From Moniliella sp. 'wahieum' (lineage: Eukaryota), in NCBI GenBank assembly GCA_003971905.1, contig RSEE01000009.1, forward strand, positions 186,001 to 250,000: a DNA stretch of 64,000 nucleotides, read 5' to 3'. Below are positions 1-12,674 of this stretch, piece after piece. How positions within the stretch are numbered: position 1 is the stretch's first letter; each line of letters starts with the position of its first letter. Position numbers and translations under genes: made by a program. A model generated the notes under the pieces. It was given only the letters and a program-made list of their open reading frames with translations, did no database searches and had not been told where the DNA came from.

Positions 1-1443
1 CTCGACTACACCAAGTACATTTCCGACCTGGCCCTGAACTGGCCCCTCGGTTCCATCCGGGGGCTCTTCAAGCCGACCAGCTGAAGGGCAAACTTTCGTT
101 TGGGGGCGGGCTGCCAGCGTCCGAGTTGTTTGCCTTCAAAGGGCTCACCATCTCGGTCCCTGACAGGGAGGATGGGTCAACCTCACCCAACTCACGATCG
201 AGGACAAGGTCCTCCAGGGCCTGCAATATGGTCCGGCCGACGGACCTCCATCCTTCACGACTGGTTGTAAAGCACACCTCGCTCGCTCACAACCGGCCCA
301 TCTATACCGCCCCGCCACGGCAAGTCCACCCCCACACCCCTTGGGGGATTGCGTTTGGGGCTGGAACAAGACGTGATGACAAGTGTTCAAAAACCTTGTT
401 GAACAAGGGGGACACCATCTTGGTGGAGGCCCACTATCCGTACGTCCCCCCCTTTTTTTCCCCTCCTCTCGTGGTCCCACTAACAACATTTTTTTAGCGG
501 TGTTCTTCCTTGATCCTGACTATTGGTGCCGATCCTCACCCGGTTCCTACCGATGCGGGTGGACTGAGTCATGTCGGACTCGAGGCAACGCTGGCCAACT
601 GGTACACTGCTCTGAAACAAAGCACAAGCGGTTCCCCAAAGCCATCTACACGGTTCCCGTGGGTGGAAATCCTTCTGGTACCTCTGCCACGACCCAGCGC
701 AAGCGCCACATCCTCTCCCTCACGCGCAAGTACGGGTTGATCATCATCGAAGATGACCCGTACTACTATCTCGCTTTGACCAAGCCTGGGGGTTGACGAC
801 CCGGTGACCCGGCCGCGCACCAATCGTATTTCTCCCTCGAGCAAGAAGACATTGAGATTTGGGGCGACGGTCGTGTGGTGCGGATGGACTCGTTTAGCAA
901 GATTGTCTCGGCTGGCATGCGGGTGGGGTACGTGACGGGGCCGAAAGAAGTGATTGAGGCGCTGGACACGGTAGGTACCGCGTCCAGCATGCAAGCCAGC
1001 GGTCCCGCCGCGGCCATGACTGCCACCTTGTTGCAGTATTGGGGCGAGGAAGGGTTTTTGCGTTCGTGCGATCGCGCGGCTCTGTTCTACCGCAACAAGC
1101 GGGACGAGTTGAGCAGGTGGCCAGCGAGATCCTGGGCGAAAAGAGTGGGAAGGAACTGGCTTCGTGGGTCACCCCCGCGGCAGGTATGTTTCTGGCTCAA
1201 GTTGAAACTACCGCCAACCAAGGAGAGTGCAGAAGGGGACGCCAAGGCGTTCATCCAGTACGCTCTGGATCGTGGTGTGGTGGCCGTCCCAGGTTTCCTC
1301 TTCTACCCGGACCAACGCGTCTCGCCTTACCTCCGTGTGTCGTTCAGTCAGGTTGCGATGCGGCGATGGCCAAGAAAGGCCTAACCATGCTGAAACTCGC
1401 GATTGAGGATACGTGGGCGGCAGCGGGCTTGTCGCCCCCCTAG
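1..1443 (+). CDS. PLP-dependent class I aminotransferase, Aro8/2-aminoadipate transaminase-like (5' partial, frameshifted)
   Basis: Motifs PKAIYTVPVGGNPSG, IIIEDDPYYYL and VRMDSFSKIVSAGMRVG (PLP lysine), spread over several frames. Confidence 0.85.
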
Positions 1444-1926
1444 GTGTGCTTTGTTGCTTGTGAGGTTTCCTCTGCTTTGCTAGGCTCGGCCCGTCACATC
1501 TGTGCATTGAATTGATGTCGGCTTTACAGTTACCGTTCAAAAACAAAACAAAACCATGCGAATTCTTCCTACAGCGATAGTCTACAAAAAGGCATCTACA
1601 GAGTCAAGAGGTTGGTTGGAAGGGCAAATGAATACCAAGGAAGAGGGTTAATAAGGTAGCAGAATGTCCCCAAATAGATTGATTGCCCCTGGGAACCGCG
1701 GAGGGGTGAACTAACAACGCGCGAGATGGACAGTCAAATGGGACAGGGGACGGTGGGAGAGGGGGAGAGGGGGAGGGGGGAAGTGCTGTGCCATGCACCT
1801 ACTGGGCGCAGCTCACCTGGAACAGTTTTTTTTTTTCTCGTGTCAGGAGGCACAAGAGCGGAGAGCGGTCCAAAGACGCTCGACATATTGCATAAGTGTC
1901 GTACGGGACGCAAGGGCTGGAACCTG

Positions 1927-3552
1927 TCAAGCCAACTTGGTCTCCTCGAGCTTCTCCTCCACCTCCTTGGTAGCCAGTGCCTCCCAAGGAGTACGCCCGG
2001 TACCCCAAGCGCGGGAGGAGCCGTCTCCCGGGCCTTGGTCGGCTCAGTGGAGGCTTCCTTGGAAGGGGAGCCCTTCCTCGCCTGAGGAGTCTTCTTACTC
2101 GTCTCGGGCGACTTCTTGCTCGACACAGACTTCCACGGGTTGGTGGCGGGGTGCTTCGGTGCCTCCTCACCCGCCTCGGCCTCGGTGCAGGCTTGGTCTC
2201 CGAAGCCTGCGCTGCTTGCGCTCTTCTGCTCCTGACGACGACGCTCTTCCATCCGGGCGGCAATCTCCTTCTCCCGCTCGGCACTGTCCACGGGTTTGGC
2301 CGAACCAAGGGAGACGGCTTCCCGCTGTGGGGGGTCGCCTCACTCCGACGGGGGCAGGGCAGTGCTACGCGGCTGCAGCTTGAGTGCTGCCGCTCGCGCG
2401 GCGCACTGGGCGCAACAGGGCTCGAGCGACGCCATTGGTCCGCCTCCTCCCGGGGTGGCGCCAGGGGAGGTAGGGTGGCGCTCGTGCGGCGCTCAAAGAA
2501 CCCCCGCGGCGGCTGCTCCGGTGCCGGCGCGGCATCTTGGAGCCAAAGGCGGACCGGTCCAGGGTCACCTCACCCTCCGTCGAACGGCCAAAGCCCATGC
2601 GGCCAGGCCGTTCCGGACGCTGATCCGGCACAGGCGCGTGGTTGACCTTCTGCCCAAACGCCGAGCGGTCCAGCACCACGTCCTCCCCCGCCCCGGGCCG
2701 TGCGAAATTGCCGCGTGGGGCGAGTGCGGGACTCGACCGGCTTGCCCGTACGCCAGTTCGCAGCATCATCGCCCGCCGCAGGGTCAAATTCTCCGCCTCC
2801 GAAGCGGCGAGCGCGGGGAGCAGCAGCCGCGGTTGAACTTGGACCGAACCCGGCCCCACACCGCCACACATCCATCGAGTCAAAGCCCCGACGGACCATC
2901 TTCAAAGCCATGCCCGAAACCGCGGAAGAGGAGCGAGTGCTCGTTACCGCCTGCCGTCCACCGCCACTGGTCTGCACTGTCGGCAGCGGAGGAGAAGCCG
3001 CCAGAGTGGCGCGGGGGTTCAGCGACCGAGATTCGCACCGGACGGCCAGTAACCACGCCACCGGTACGGGCAAGTGCGTCCTGCAGCGCCTCGAGTGTCA
3101 AATTCGACATAGCCAAAGCCCTTGCTCTTCCCGAGAATCCTCGTCACGATGCGGATCGACTTGATCGGCAGACCTTCGAGAAGGCCTCGAGGTCAGAATC
3201 GGTCGAGTCAAAGCTCATGCTGCCCACAAAGGCAGTGAAGGAGGCTCGGTCGGCAGCGGCACATCCGGCCGGGCTCACGCGGCTCGCGCCCATATCCTCC
3301 CGAACCCCAACCACCAGCATCGCGGTCCTTGGCGGTCGGAGCAAAGTCTAGGCCGCTGCCACGAACGAAGGATCCTTGGCGGCCGGGCAGTGGGGAGGTC
3401 AAAGTCGTCATCGGCCCAGTCGTTCTTGGGGTTAGCATTGAGGAATGCGTTGAGAGAAACCTTGTTGCCCTTCTTCGGTGCTGGGGGGAGGGAGCGTCAG
3501 ATGGAGACGCGCATGCGACGGCTGGCGGGGGAGGAGGGGCGGACGTACCCAT
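1927..3552 (-). CDS. TIF3: Translation initiation factor eIF4B
   Basis: Exon ATGG, then intron 3481-3548 (gtacgt..ccccag), then APKKGNKVSLNAFLNANPKNDWADDDFDLP. RRM start FTAFVGSMSFDSTDSDLEAF and the segment DSAEREKEIAARMEE. Stop placed after KEVEEKLEETKLA. Confidence 0.8.
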
Positions 3553-4596
3553 GGTGGTGGTGATGGCGAGCAGAGCAGCGCTTGCCGGGAGCGCGGCGAC
3601 GACGACCCAGACAGCTCTGGCAAGGCCAGCTGCCCTAGGCTGCCTCGCGCCAATTTTTCTTTCCTGGCCCCGACGGACACTTGCCTAGTGCGGCCAGGCG
3701 CCAGGCGCCACGCCAGCCAACGAGGCAGGAGGAAAATATAACCCTAGCACCCGGGCACCTTGGGTGCTTCCAAATTTGTGCGGCCTGTGGGCTATGTGGG
3801 CGATTGTCAATTGCAGTGTCGCGTAACCGGCGGAAGCGACGTACCAAGGCTCTAAGTAATGCAAGGCCCAGCCCCGATTTGAAGGGGCAGGGGGGCCCAA
3901 GGGTGTTGGAACACTCCGACGGTTGCGGGGGGCGACTTGATTCTGCCCCCACCAACGGACGAATACCAATGCCCAGTATTCGTCTTTCCCCTTCTTCGAG
4001 ACGACGGCGAGCGGAGCGTCGTATATCGGCGTCTTGTTCAAGCAAGCGAAACCTGTCCAACACAAAATACCTCTTTCGACCACCTCGATACGGAGCAGGA
4101 TACACGAGTATCAAGAGTTACTCCTGCTCAAATTCACGTCAGATGCAAAGGCTAGGCATGAACGTTGAACAGGGAAAGGAAATGTTTCGTCTACTTGGAT
4201 CGCTCATCGCGCATCGGTGTTTTCTGAGCAACTCCCGAACACCCACCCAATTACGTGACCCGTGGCGTCCAATAGTATAGTATGCCGGGGGACCCAAGCC
4301 TCTCTAGATATAGCTCAATCCAATTCCGACTGGATAGGGAGATGAACGTGGTCAACGCCTATAACTATTACTATTAGGCCACACTTGCCTTCTACCTCAC
4401 TACCAAATATGTCGATGCACTTGGCAGTAATAGAAAGCGGGTTTTGGTTCAACTTGTCGTGTCGATCATTGATTCGTCCTCCAACAGGAGGTCGTCATCA
4501 CAACAAAGAGGAAGAAAGTGTCAATGGGGTATGTTCTTTTGGAAGAGAACCCGAGAGGTAAGAGCAAGAAAAAATTGTCCGGTATAGATGCGAAGC

Positions 4597-5188
4597 TCAA
4601 GAGCTAAAGTAAACCTTGCCCGTAAATCCGAGCGTGGACGCATGGGCGCCAGTGGTCTGGACCGCACGGAGCTCACCACTGTCAGCATCATGCTCCATAA
4701 GGTAGTCCCAGACAGGCGCGTCGGTCTGGGTGCTGGTGGTGGGGTTGTAACGAAGGTCGTGGAGGAAGTAGCCGCCGGCATCCACCACCGTGCCGGTGCC
4801 CCAGAACATCTGACTAGGGTACTTGGGACTGGTGTTGTCCGTCACACACGTGTCCATTTCAAAGTGCGTGGCGGGCGGGTTGGACGAGGCGGGTGACACA
4901 CTGGCCCGTACTGTCGAGTACGATCTGGCCAGCCAGTTTAAGAGTGGAACCCGACTGGGTCGTGTTCAGCACGTTGACTTTGAAGGGCCCAGTAGTGCCG
5001 GCTTGGTCGGCCAAAAGGACATTGGTCGAGGCGACATCAATGTTGTACTTCCACGACTCGCCCTCGTAGAGGACGAGAGAGGAGGGGCCGAGCACATCCG
5101 CTGCCCGGGACACCAGGGGGGCAGGCATAGCCACGACGGCGGTGGTGGCGAGGGCAAGAGCGGCGGGGAAGAGCATGGAAAAGTGCAT
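4597..5188 (-). CDS. Small secreted protein of unknown function (one frameshift near 4890)
   Basis: Signal peptide MHFSMLFPAALALATTAVVA. ORFs 4859..5350 and 4597..4899 join at GQCVT/ASSNPPATHFEMDTC. TATATAAA lies upstream at about 5326-5333. Confidence 0.65.
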
Positions 5189-5970
5189 GGTGATTCTTGG
5201 AGGCGTGTGAGATGGGGGCTTGGTTTGAAAAGGAAGGGAAAAGGGTGGTTTGGAAGTGGAAGTGTCCTTAGAAAGAGGTGAGGTGAGGTGAGGGATGTGT
5301 GGTGCTGGGTGGGCAAAAGAGGCCCTTTTATATACCTTCGCTCCCTGCACTGCTGTTTATTGCATTCGTAGTTGTATACACTGAAGAGACGCCGGAACCC
5401 CGAGGGGGGCGCAACGCAATTGGAGTATATTGAGGCGTGTCGTTTCTGTGTCGACGAGCCCACCGTGGCGCGGGCCGCAGCAGCGCCATGCAGTGCTCTC
5501 GGCAGGATGCAGTGCTCCGTGCAGGAAACCGTCCCTTTAGAGGCCATTCCCACGTCTCCTTTGGCTGTGGTGTTTGCCTCTTCTTAGCATTCCTTCATCG
5601 ATCATCCTGCATCTTACCTCGAATACAGCCCCACCCACTGCACTCCGGAGCACCGGCCGCCGCCACCGGACCCGATGCCCGGCAAGCGCGCCACCACATA
5701 ATAAGCTTGTGCCCACATCAAAAGCACTCTTGAGGGGCTTGAAGCTTGAGGATTGAGGGTGGGTGGGTGGGTGGGGGCCTTAGGAAATCAGGCCAGCGAT
5801 TTAACGTGGCGCAGTAATGGAAGGGGTGGGCCTAGGCGCTAATAGATTAATCCTGCGAAGCTACCCTATTGGAACGTTGCAGTGGCAAGACACAACGAGG
5901 AAAGGGGCAATAATTTATTTGGGAAGGAGCGTTTCGAGGAGCCATCGTTGCCCTGTTGGCGTCAGGCGCG

Positions 5971-7306
5971 CTATGACTCCTTTTTGCTTTCATCAATCGA
6001 GTAGGATCCAGGACCCATGTTGACCAGCAGAAGCAGCCCCTACAATGCTGAGCGTTTGGAAAAAGTCGTACCGAAGGAAATCCCGGGACGGGTGGTTGGT
6101 GTGCACGGACCAGAAGTTGTTCACAACCAAGTTGAATGTCGAGAGAAGCAGCACGAGGAACGAGGCGGACCAGCGCGCTTTGAATCCGACAGCCACCATG
6201 ATGCAAGCGACAAGACCCAAGACAGCCATGATGGCACGGAGGAACGTCCACTTTCCGTGGAAGATGAACCCAATAAATAGACCAATGAGTAGAACGCGTC
6301 CGGCGAGCTGGAGGTACAGGTTTCGATCAGTAGGGGAAATCGAGGGTATCCCAGCGAGGATAGGATGGTGCTTCCGTTGAGCTCGGAAAGAATCAGAGAG
6401 GCACATAAGTAGCCCTCCAATGACGGAGAGATTACGCAGGAAAAAGGTTAAATCGAGCAGCATCCCGTATCCCACAGCTTGGGAGACAATCACGCCAAAC
6501 AAAGCCACAACGGAGGCCTCGGGGAAACGCCGGACGATTACCGCAAGTGAGGCCAAAGTCATTACGACCACGTTAGTGAAAAGGAAGATATGGTTGAATC
6601 CCCAGTAAAAATGTCGGTGACGCTGAAGATAGGCCAATTGGTCAGACCATTGCGACACAATGCGGATCGCATCTTCGAGGAATGTGACAACAATTAAAAA
6701 TCGGCCGAGTGCGGGGATGTAAGGTTTGAGCGGCTGGGTGTATGTGTCAATGGCATCTCGGCTCGGGAAGAGAATTTTTTCAGCTGCTGGATGAAAGGGT
6801 GGGCGTCCGTGTTGATCCAGGGAGACGAAGCAGGGGCCGAAGAGGAGAAGGTGTTGGATCCGTAGGAGGGCATATTGAACGCTGAACCGTAGGCTGCATA
6901 GGGGGAGCTGTAGGGCGACGCTCCAGCGGAGGAAGCAGCTCGGGCATGGCCATACGCATAGGGGCTGGCAGTGTTGGCGTAGGAGCTCATGTGGGCAGGG
7001 CCATGTACCCAGGGACAGCAACGCTGGCGTGCGCAGCATGGCGGGTATGCGCAGAATTGCGCATGAGTCCCTGATTCGCGGCGTATGGGACACCGCTCAT
7101 CGAAGCATAGTTACGGTGGCCACGCGCAGGACCGGGTGCCGAGGATACGCACGCGGGGCCTGCCGGCTGAGACGAGGGCCGCGAGGGGGACGGCTGGAGA
7201 GAGAGCCGGCGCGAGTGGGAGAGGGGGGTGTAAGCGCCGCGTGGTGATCCCTGCGCTGGTAGTGCTCCGACGGGGGGGGAGCGAGATTGATGGGCTGGTA
7301 CGCCAT
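5971..7306 (-). CDS. ERV29: SURF4/Erv29 ER cargo receptor
   Basis: KPYIPALGRFLIVVTFLEDAIRI, FFLRNLSVIGGLLM, RDFLRYDFFQTLSIVG. The corrected frame ends in ...SIDESKKES* (KKxx). Start uncertain (6990 or about 7306). Confidence 0.9.
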
Positions 7307-7307
7307 G

Positions 7308-7339
<32 letters not shown>

Positions 7340-7593
7340 GGCGGGTGGAGGTGGTGGGGAGAAGACTTGCCGGTGTCGCTGGTGTAGCAGCATCGGGGTT
7401 TGTGGTCTGTCTTGCTCTTCTTACACGACTGTGCAACAATGTCGCCTATTCCCCGCTGGTCCGAGCCACGTGGTGGGGTGCAATTTCAAAAAAGCACTGC
7501 CGATCCCATATCCAATCCCCAGTCGGCCACCGCCGCTATCATCGATCATTGATCACCGCATCTGATCCAGGACTTGCTCGCGCCTCGTCCGCG

Positions 7594-8873
7594 CTACGGC
7601 TGCTGCTGCTGCTGCCGAGTGAGCTGGACCGCAATCGCAACGAGCAGCAGCAGCGCCGTCAGCAGCGCGGCCAACGCTGGCCCATGCTTGCTCTCGCCCG
7701 CTTCCGGCACCCGCATACACCGCAACGTATTGTCCGCTGAGCCAGACAACCAGCGGCCGTCGGGTGAGAAGGCGAGCGAGGTGGGCGGGAACGAGGGGCG
7801 GCAAGGATGCGCGTGCGTAGCCTCAGTGTCTCTCCATCCAGCACACTCACGCTCAAGTCTGCCCCGCCAATGGCCACAGCCCCACCCTCAGGTGCGACCG
7901 CGAACGTAGTCACAGGTTTGGCGCCGACTTTGCGCGTGTCACGTAGCGCCCACTTCTCCACTTCCCATGCCGATACAAAGCTCGTCCGCGGCGCCTTCTT
8001 ACTTGCCCCCTTGGGTGGCGTGGAATTGACCACCGTATACAGCACACGCCCATGCGGAGCAAACCGAACCGAGCGAAAAGTGCCCTTCCCTCCCCCCACT
8101 TCGGGGTTGGTGATGGACTGCACTACCGCCGGCTCCCCCCCACTGCGCTGACAATCCGCAACGTTTGGGCTGCAGCGATCGCCACCACGGCAGCCGACGG
8201 AGCAAAGTCGGCATCGTAAATCTCATCGTGCGGACCAAAAAGCGCTTCAGGCTGGCTAGGTGTCGCACTCCACAATGGTTTTCCGCTGACACGTGGATAC
8301 GGATGCACCACCACGCTTCCGTCCGTACCAGCCTCGAGCAGTGCAGGGCCAGCTGTCCTCTCCGCCCCTTCGGGAGTGAGAGCGGGAGCCAGGGCAAGAA
8401 CCTTAGGATAGTCTTCGGGGTTCGTAATGGGCAGTCCGGGGTAAGCCTCAAGAGGCTCGAGCGTTGCTCCGCCTTCCTGTGGTGGGTCAGCGCTGATGGC
8501 ATGAAAGACGAGTGAAACGTACTCGGTATCTGAGGTCTCCGATTCGCCCGTCCATGCAGAAGGGAGAGTATACCGGAACAGACGGAGAGTCTTGTTCTCT
8601 CCTTTTTCAGAGCGTCGGGGGTCGAGTTGACACCGCAAGCGATCACTCTTCCAACCCGGTCAACAGCCATGCACATGGGCGCATTTCTTCCGAGCTGAGT
8701 GTAAGCTCGACGAGTGGATGAAGCGCCTCGTCCCCCACCGCGGCAAGAACTAGTTTTCTTCACGCCACTCTTAGACTCTCCTCCACCAACATAGGCCACG
8801 ACACGAGGAGCAACAAACTCCACCGCGTACACAGGTAGCCCGACTGGCTGGCTGTGTAGTGTGCTGTACGCAT
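7594..8873 (-). CDS. SEC12: Sec12/PREB, Sar1 GEF (WD40 plus C-terminal TM)
   Basis: N-terminal PVYAVEF..VGGGESKSGVK (K-loop-like), WD40 segments VTTFAVAPEGGAVAIGGADLSV and LAFSPDG..SGSADNTLR, and a C-terminal hydrophobic segment. Frameshifted. Confidence 0.8.
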
Positions 8874-9507
8874 GTCGAGATGGTGGAGAGGAAACACATT
8901 GCTGGTTTATCACGTTCAACGTTCATATGTTCATGGCAACACAAGTAAGATTAATTGACCCCGTGGACTCGAGACACTACACTGGCCTAGTGCTGGCAAC
9001 CCCATTTCGAGCTCGAATGCGCCTTCAAGCTTCAAGCAAGCTTCACCGCCACTGGTCTGGCGAGTTTCATCTACCTTGAGCTTGACAGCCTGGATAACCA
9101 TGCCCGTTGGCGCTATGCCCCTCATCCCAACCGCGGAGAATCGACGCATGGTGCTCAGGACATGGTTGTTGGTGCTATTCTCACTGATATCCCAACTGCT
9201 TCTAAACCCTACCAAGTTGCAAGCCATGAAGCTGTGAGCTTCGGCTTCTGTGTTGATGATCAGACTGCAGCCATGCCCCCATCAATAGGAAGCCGCTGGT
9301 ATTGTTGACTTCACATTCTTTGCGCCAAGCCATCACGACACCTCCACAATCTCGTGGGGGGTAGATGTTGTGGACCCACGTACTCGTCAATCGCTTCCAA
9401 ATGCAGTATCCATGCACATGCCACCATTTCCCGAGTCAGGTCCAAGACTGTACACTTTGCACACTCATTCTGGCGACAGTCATGAAGAAGCAGATTCAAT
9501 TTGACGC

Positions 9508-10108
9508 TTACAACGGCCAAAGCTTGTCTACCTTGAGGTCCTCTGGCTTATGCGTGACCAACTGGTCCTGGATATCCAGTGGCCCAGGCTGGCCGTAAAC
9601 TCATCACCGCGGTGACGAAGTGCCCATAAATGTCACCGTGCCCATCGTCAGTCCCGTCAGCAAGGGTACGAGGAACAAGGCAGGAGTCGCCCCCTGCACA
9701 CCATGTTGTCAGAACATCGCAGAGAAACGATTAATGAAGGAGGAGGACGTACTGCGTGCTCCGATCAAAAACCCAGCAGCAGCACCACCAGAGAAGGAAG
9801 AGACAAAGTCCTCAGCCTTCTTGCCACGGGCCACACGGACCGCTGCTTGAACAAGGCAAAAAGTGGCACCAACAGCGCCATAGGTTCCAGCTGTGCGCAT
9901 CACCTGGCCCGCGCGCGCATGAAAAGGGGCGGACAACTTTGCCAGATTCCGCGAGGATCCGGTTGAAAGCGACGAGGGAGCCGACAAAGCCGGTATAGCC
10001 ACCAACGAAGACGGCCCCTTTCAGGGGCTCAAACGATGCGGGATCTTGCCAGATGGGCTTGCCCTCGCGGACATGGAAGTCTGGCAACCATTTCGGGTAC
10101 AAAGACAT
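9508..10108 (-). CDS. Tim17/22-family protein, likely complex I subunit NDUFA11 (B14.7)-like
   Basis: GTYGAVGATFCLVQAAVRVARGKKAEDFVSSFSGGAAAGFLIGAR is typical of the Tim17 family. Small size, one probable intron. Confidence 0.65.
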
Positions 10109-12674
10109 GTTGCCCTCCAGGTTCAGGTGGATGGCTCGGAGCAAGCTCCTGCCGCCGCCCAAGTGGTGTACCCAGCCGGCCTGCCGAGCCCCGCCCCGAT
10201 TTCTAATCCTTTTCCGCCGTTGTTCCGCTACGTGGAGCTTCAATTTGTTGAAATAATGCAACAATGTTTAATGATGCGTGACCGGGTGACGCGTGAGATC
10301 TGAGACCCTTGGGGTGCTGGAATGCCTCCGTCGGCCACATGAGGACGAAGAACTTGAGGAGCATAATAGAGGCGTAGGCGTTCTACAATCAATTTGTGTG
10401 GTATGTTGGGCAAGGTAAGGCAAGAAAGAGAACATACGATAGATGGATGAAAAAGAAGATGGATGCGGGGCTCGATGCATCTATAGCCACAATATTGTGT
10501 GCGCATATGTGGATACACAACTCGGTACATAATACAGGGGCAAAAAATAACGGGAAAGGGAGAGTAGGGGGGAAGCGCACAATGCAATGAACACAAAGTG
10601 CTGACCATTGCTAGCTTAACATCAGTGAACCTTGCAAAGAACCTGGTAGAGAAAGTGAATGTGGTAAGTATTGACAACTAGGACATATAATTGAAGGTAG
10701 AGTATTTGCGTACACATCTTTTATGATCAACACGACCGGATGGCGAGAACCAGAGGGTCCTGATATCCTGGCGATCCCCCTGGTTCCTTAACCTTGGTGG
10801 AGCTTCCAAGCAACCCCCGCAAGATGAACGGTTCGGTTTAGACGTAGCGATCCCCATGTCCCAGCCTTACGCCTGTCAATGATATGGACGCATCAACACC
10901 CGGCGCGGTTTGGAATTTGCAAACGGTCCTTGTGCCCCCCGAGAAGTCCATCGAGGGTGGCACCCACACAAATCATGGTGGTACATCACATAAGAGATAG
11001 GTCATGGTCAAGTCATGGGGCTCTTCCCTCCTTGGTGCGAAGCGGATGTGGAAGAAGGCTGGGGCAGGGACACTTGGGTGCATAACAGCGATTGAGGGTC
11101 AATCCCCTGGGAACTCAATAAAGCACCCGTCCCTTCACTTGTGGCCTTCGGGTGGGCCGTACGGCCGTCTTGCAGAAGCCCAGGCAGAGGTTGAGTGCGA
11201 GGCTCCATGGCGTTGCGATGCGATGCGGTGGAAGAAATAATGTGGTAATTGTACCTCCAGTGATGAAGAATGCATCCGCCCAGACACTTTCGTCTAGCAA
11301 TCTCAATGCGACTTGTTGAGTTTGGAGAGGAGGGATCAAGAACGGAAGGAGGAGAGGGAAAGGGTGCTTAAAGGGTGTCAATGCCTTTATACGTCTCGCG
11401 CATCTTCCATACTACCTCATTTGCCTTAATAGCTGTGATGTAATAGCTGTTGTATTTATCGCGCCGTTACTATCTTCAGCTCCTATATGAAGGAGTACCG
11501 ACCATTGCCTAATCCCAAGGCTGATATATTGTTGCTCTCTACAGTTAATGATGATCTCGATCGCCTCGGTCAATAATCAGGTCATGCCTCACTTGCGTCA
11601 TCTGCCGGAAGTCCATGTCCACACTGTGGTTGACAACACACAGACCAACTGTGGTGGGCCACACATTGTGGGGGAGAAGAGAGCGGATCCTTTTCCCATA
11701 TATGGGAGAAGTGATTGCGTGTCAAGGGCAATTAGTTCTCTTTGCGATCTCTCACATCGTCCCCACTGTCAGCAGCTGAAAACGCATCAGCGTCGTCTCA
11801 GCGCGGCGTGGGTCCGTGTTGAGTCGAAGAAGAGGCATTGCCGATTTTCCCGCAGCGACTTCATTGATATGGGAAACGGCGCGAGGACTGAAGACAGCAT
11901 CGGGAGCGATGCCAAACACTCATGCTGAGCACGCCAGATGGGAGTAGGGTAGATGGTTTGGTGGGGATATATTGGGGGAAGATAAGTTTCGGAGGCAACC
12001 CCTGAGATTTTTCCTGTTTGATGCCGACATGTGACGTCATCATATTCCCTTGGTTCTGGGCGGTCCTTGCTGCCTCAGCGCTATATCACCTCTGCTGATG
12101 TTGGGGTTGGCTGGTGGTAGTGTCCGGCCGGCTTGCATGTCGAAGTCAGTAGCTTGGTAGGTTTCTTCACGCAGTGGCGATGCCGTGGCACTCAGTTCTC
12201 ACTCTCAGTGGCGGAGTCGAGGACCAGGACAGACGCAGGTCGGTCGCGAGATGAGGTCATCAGTTGTTGCCAACTGTCGTCCATGCTGTGGTGAGATCGC
12301 TGAGATCTGAGATCGCGGAGAGGGAGTGGCTGCCACTGCTCTCGTCGAGAGCCTCAGCGCCTCAGCGCCTCAGCGCCTCAGCGCTGAATCAATCTGAAAA
12401 GCTTGAAGTTTAAGCGCTTGAGCTTTTGAGTACTGATGGGCACTTAGTCCCTGTTGAGTCCTGAGCTGTTGAGAGTAGCTGTTGAGACTCAGCTAGTCTC
12501 AACGCGCACGCGCCCTTACCATTGCCTCAGGCAAGCTGGGACAGCTGGCCAAGATTCACCAGCAGGCAGCTCAGCTCAGCCACACTCCTGCCTAATTGAC
12601 TTAATCCCCACAACGACGTCTGCACTTGTCCCCCCGCGCGTCACGTAGGTCCCCTTTTTCTTCAACCACCGCCG

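Noticed and set aside
1793..3351. Long + strand ORFs antisense to eIF4B (and similar shadow ORFs elsewhere)
   Set aside because: Antisense shadows of GC-rich coding sequence.
3635..4280. Overlapping ORFs upstream of eIF4B
   Set aside because: No recognisable motif and no way to choose a frame.
8931..9500. Short ORFs between SEC12 and the NDUFA11-like gene, including an HDC..C pattern reminiscent of a transposase relic
   Set aside because: The match is too short, and there are no terminal repeats or other supporting motifs.
10662..10672. ATACTTACC on the minus strand resembling the U1 snRNA 5' end
   Set aside because: It is not followed by CTGG or recognisable U1 stem-loops. It is simply the complement of a splice-donor-like sequence.
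10680..12300. Possible fragmented gene on the minus strand
   Set aside because: Only short ORFs with no identifiable homology.
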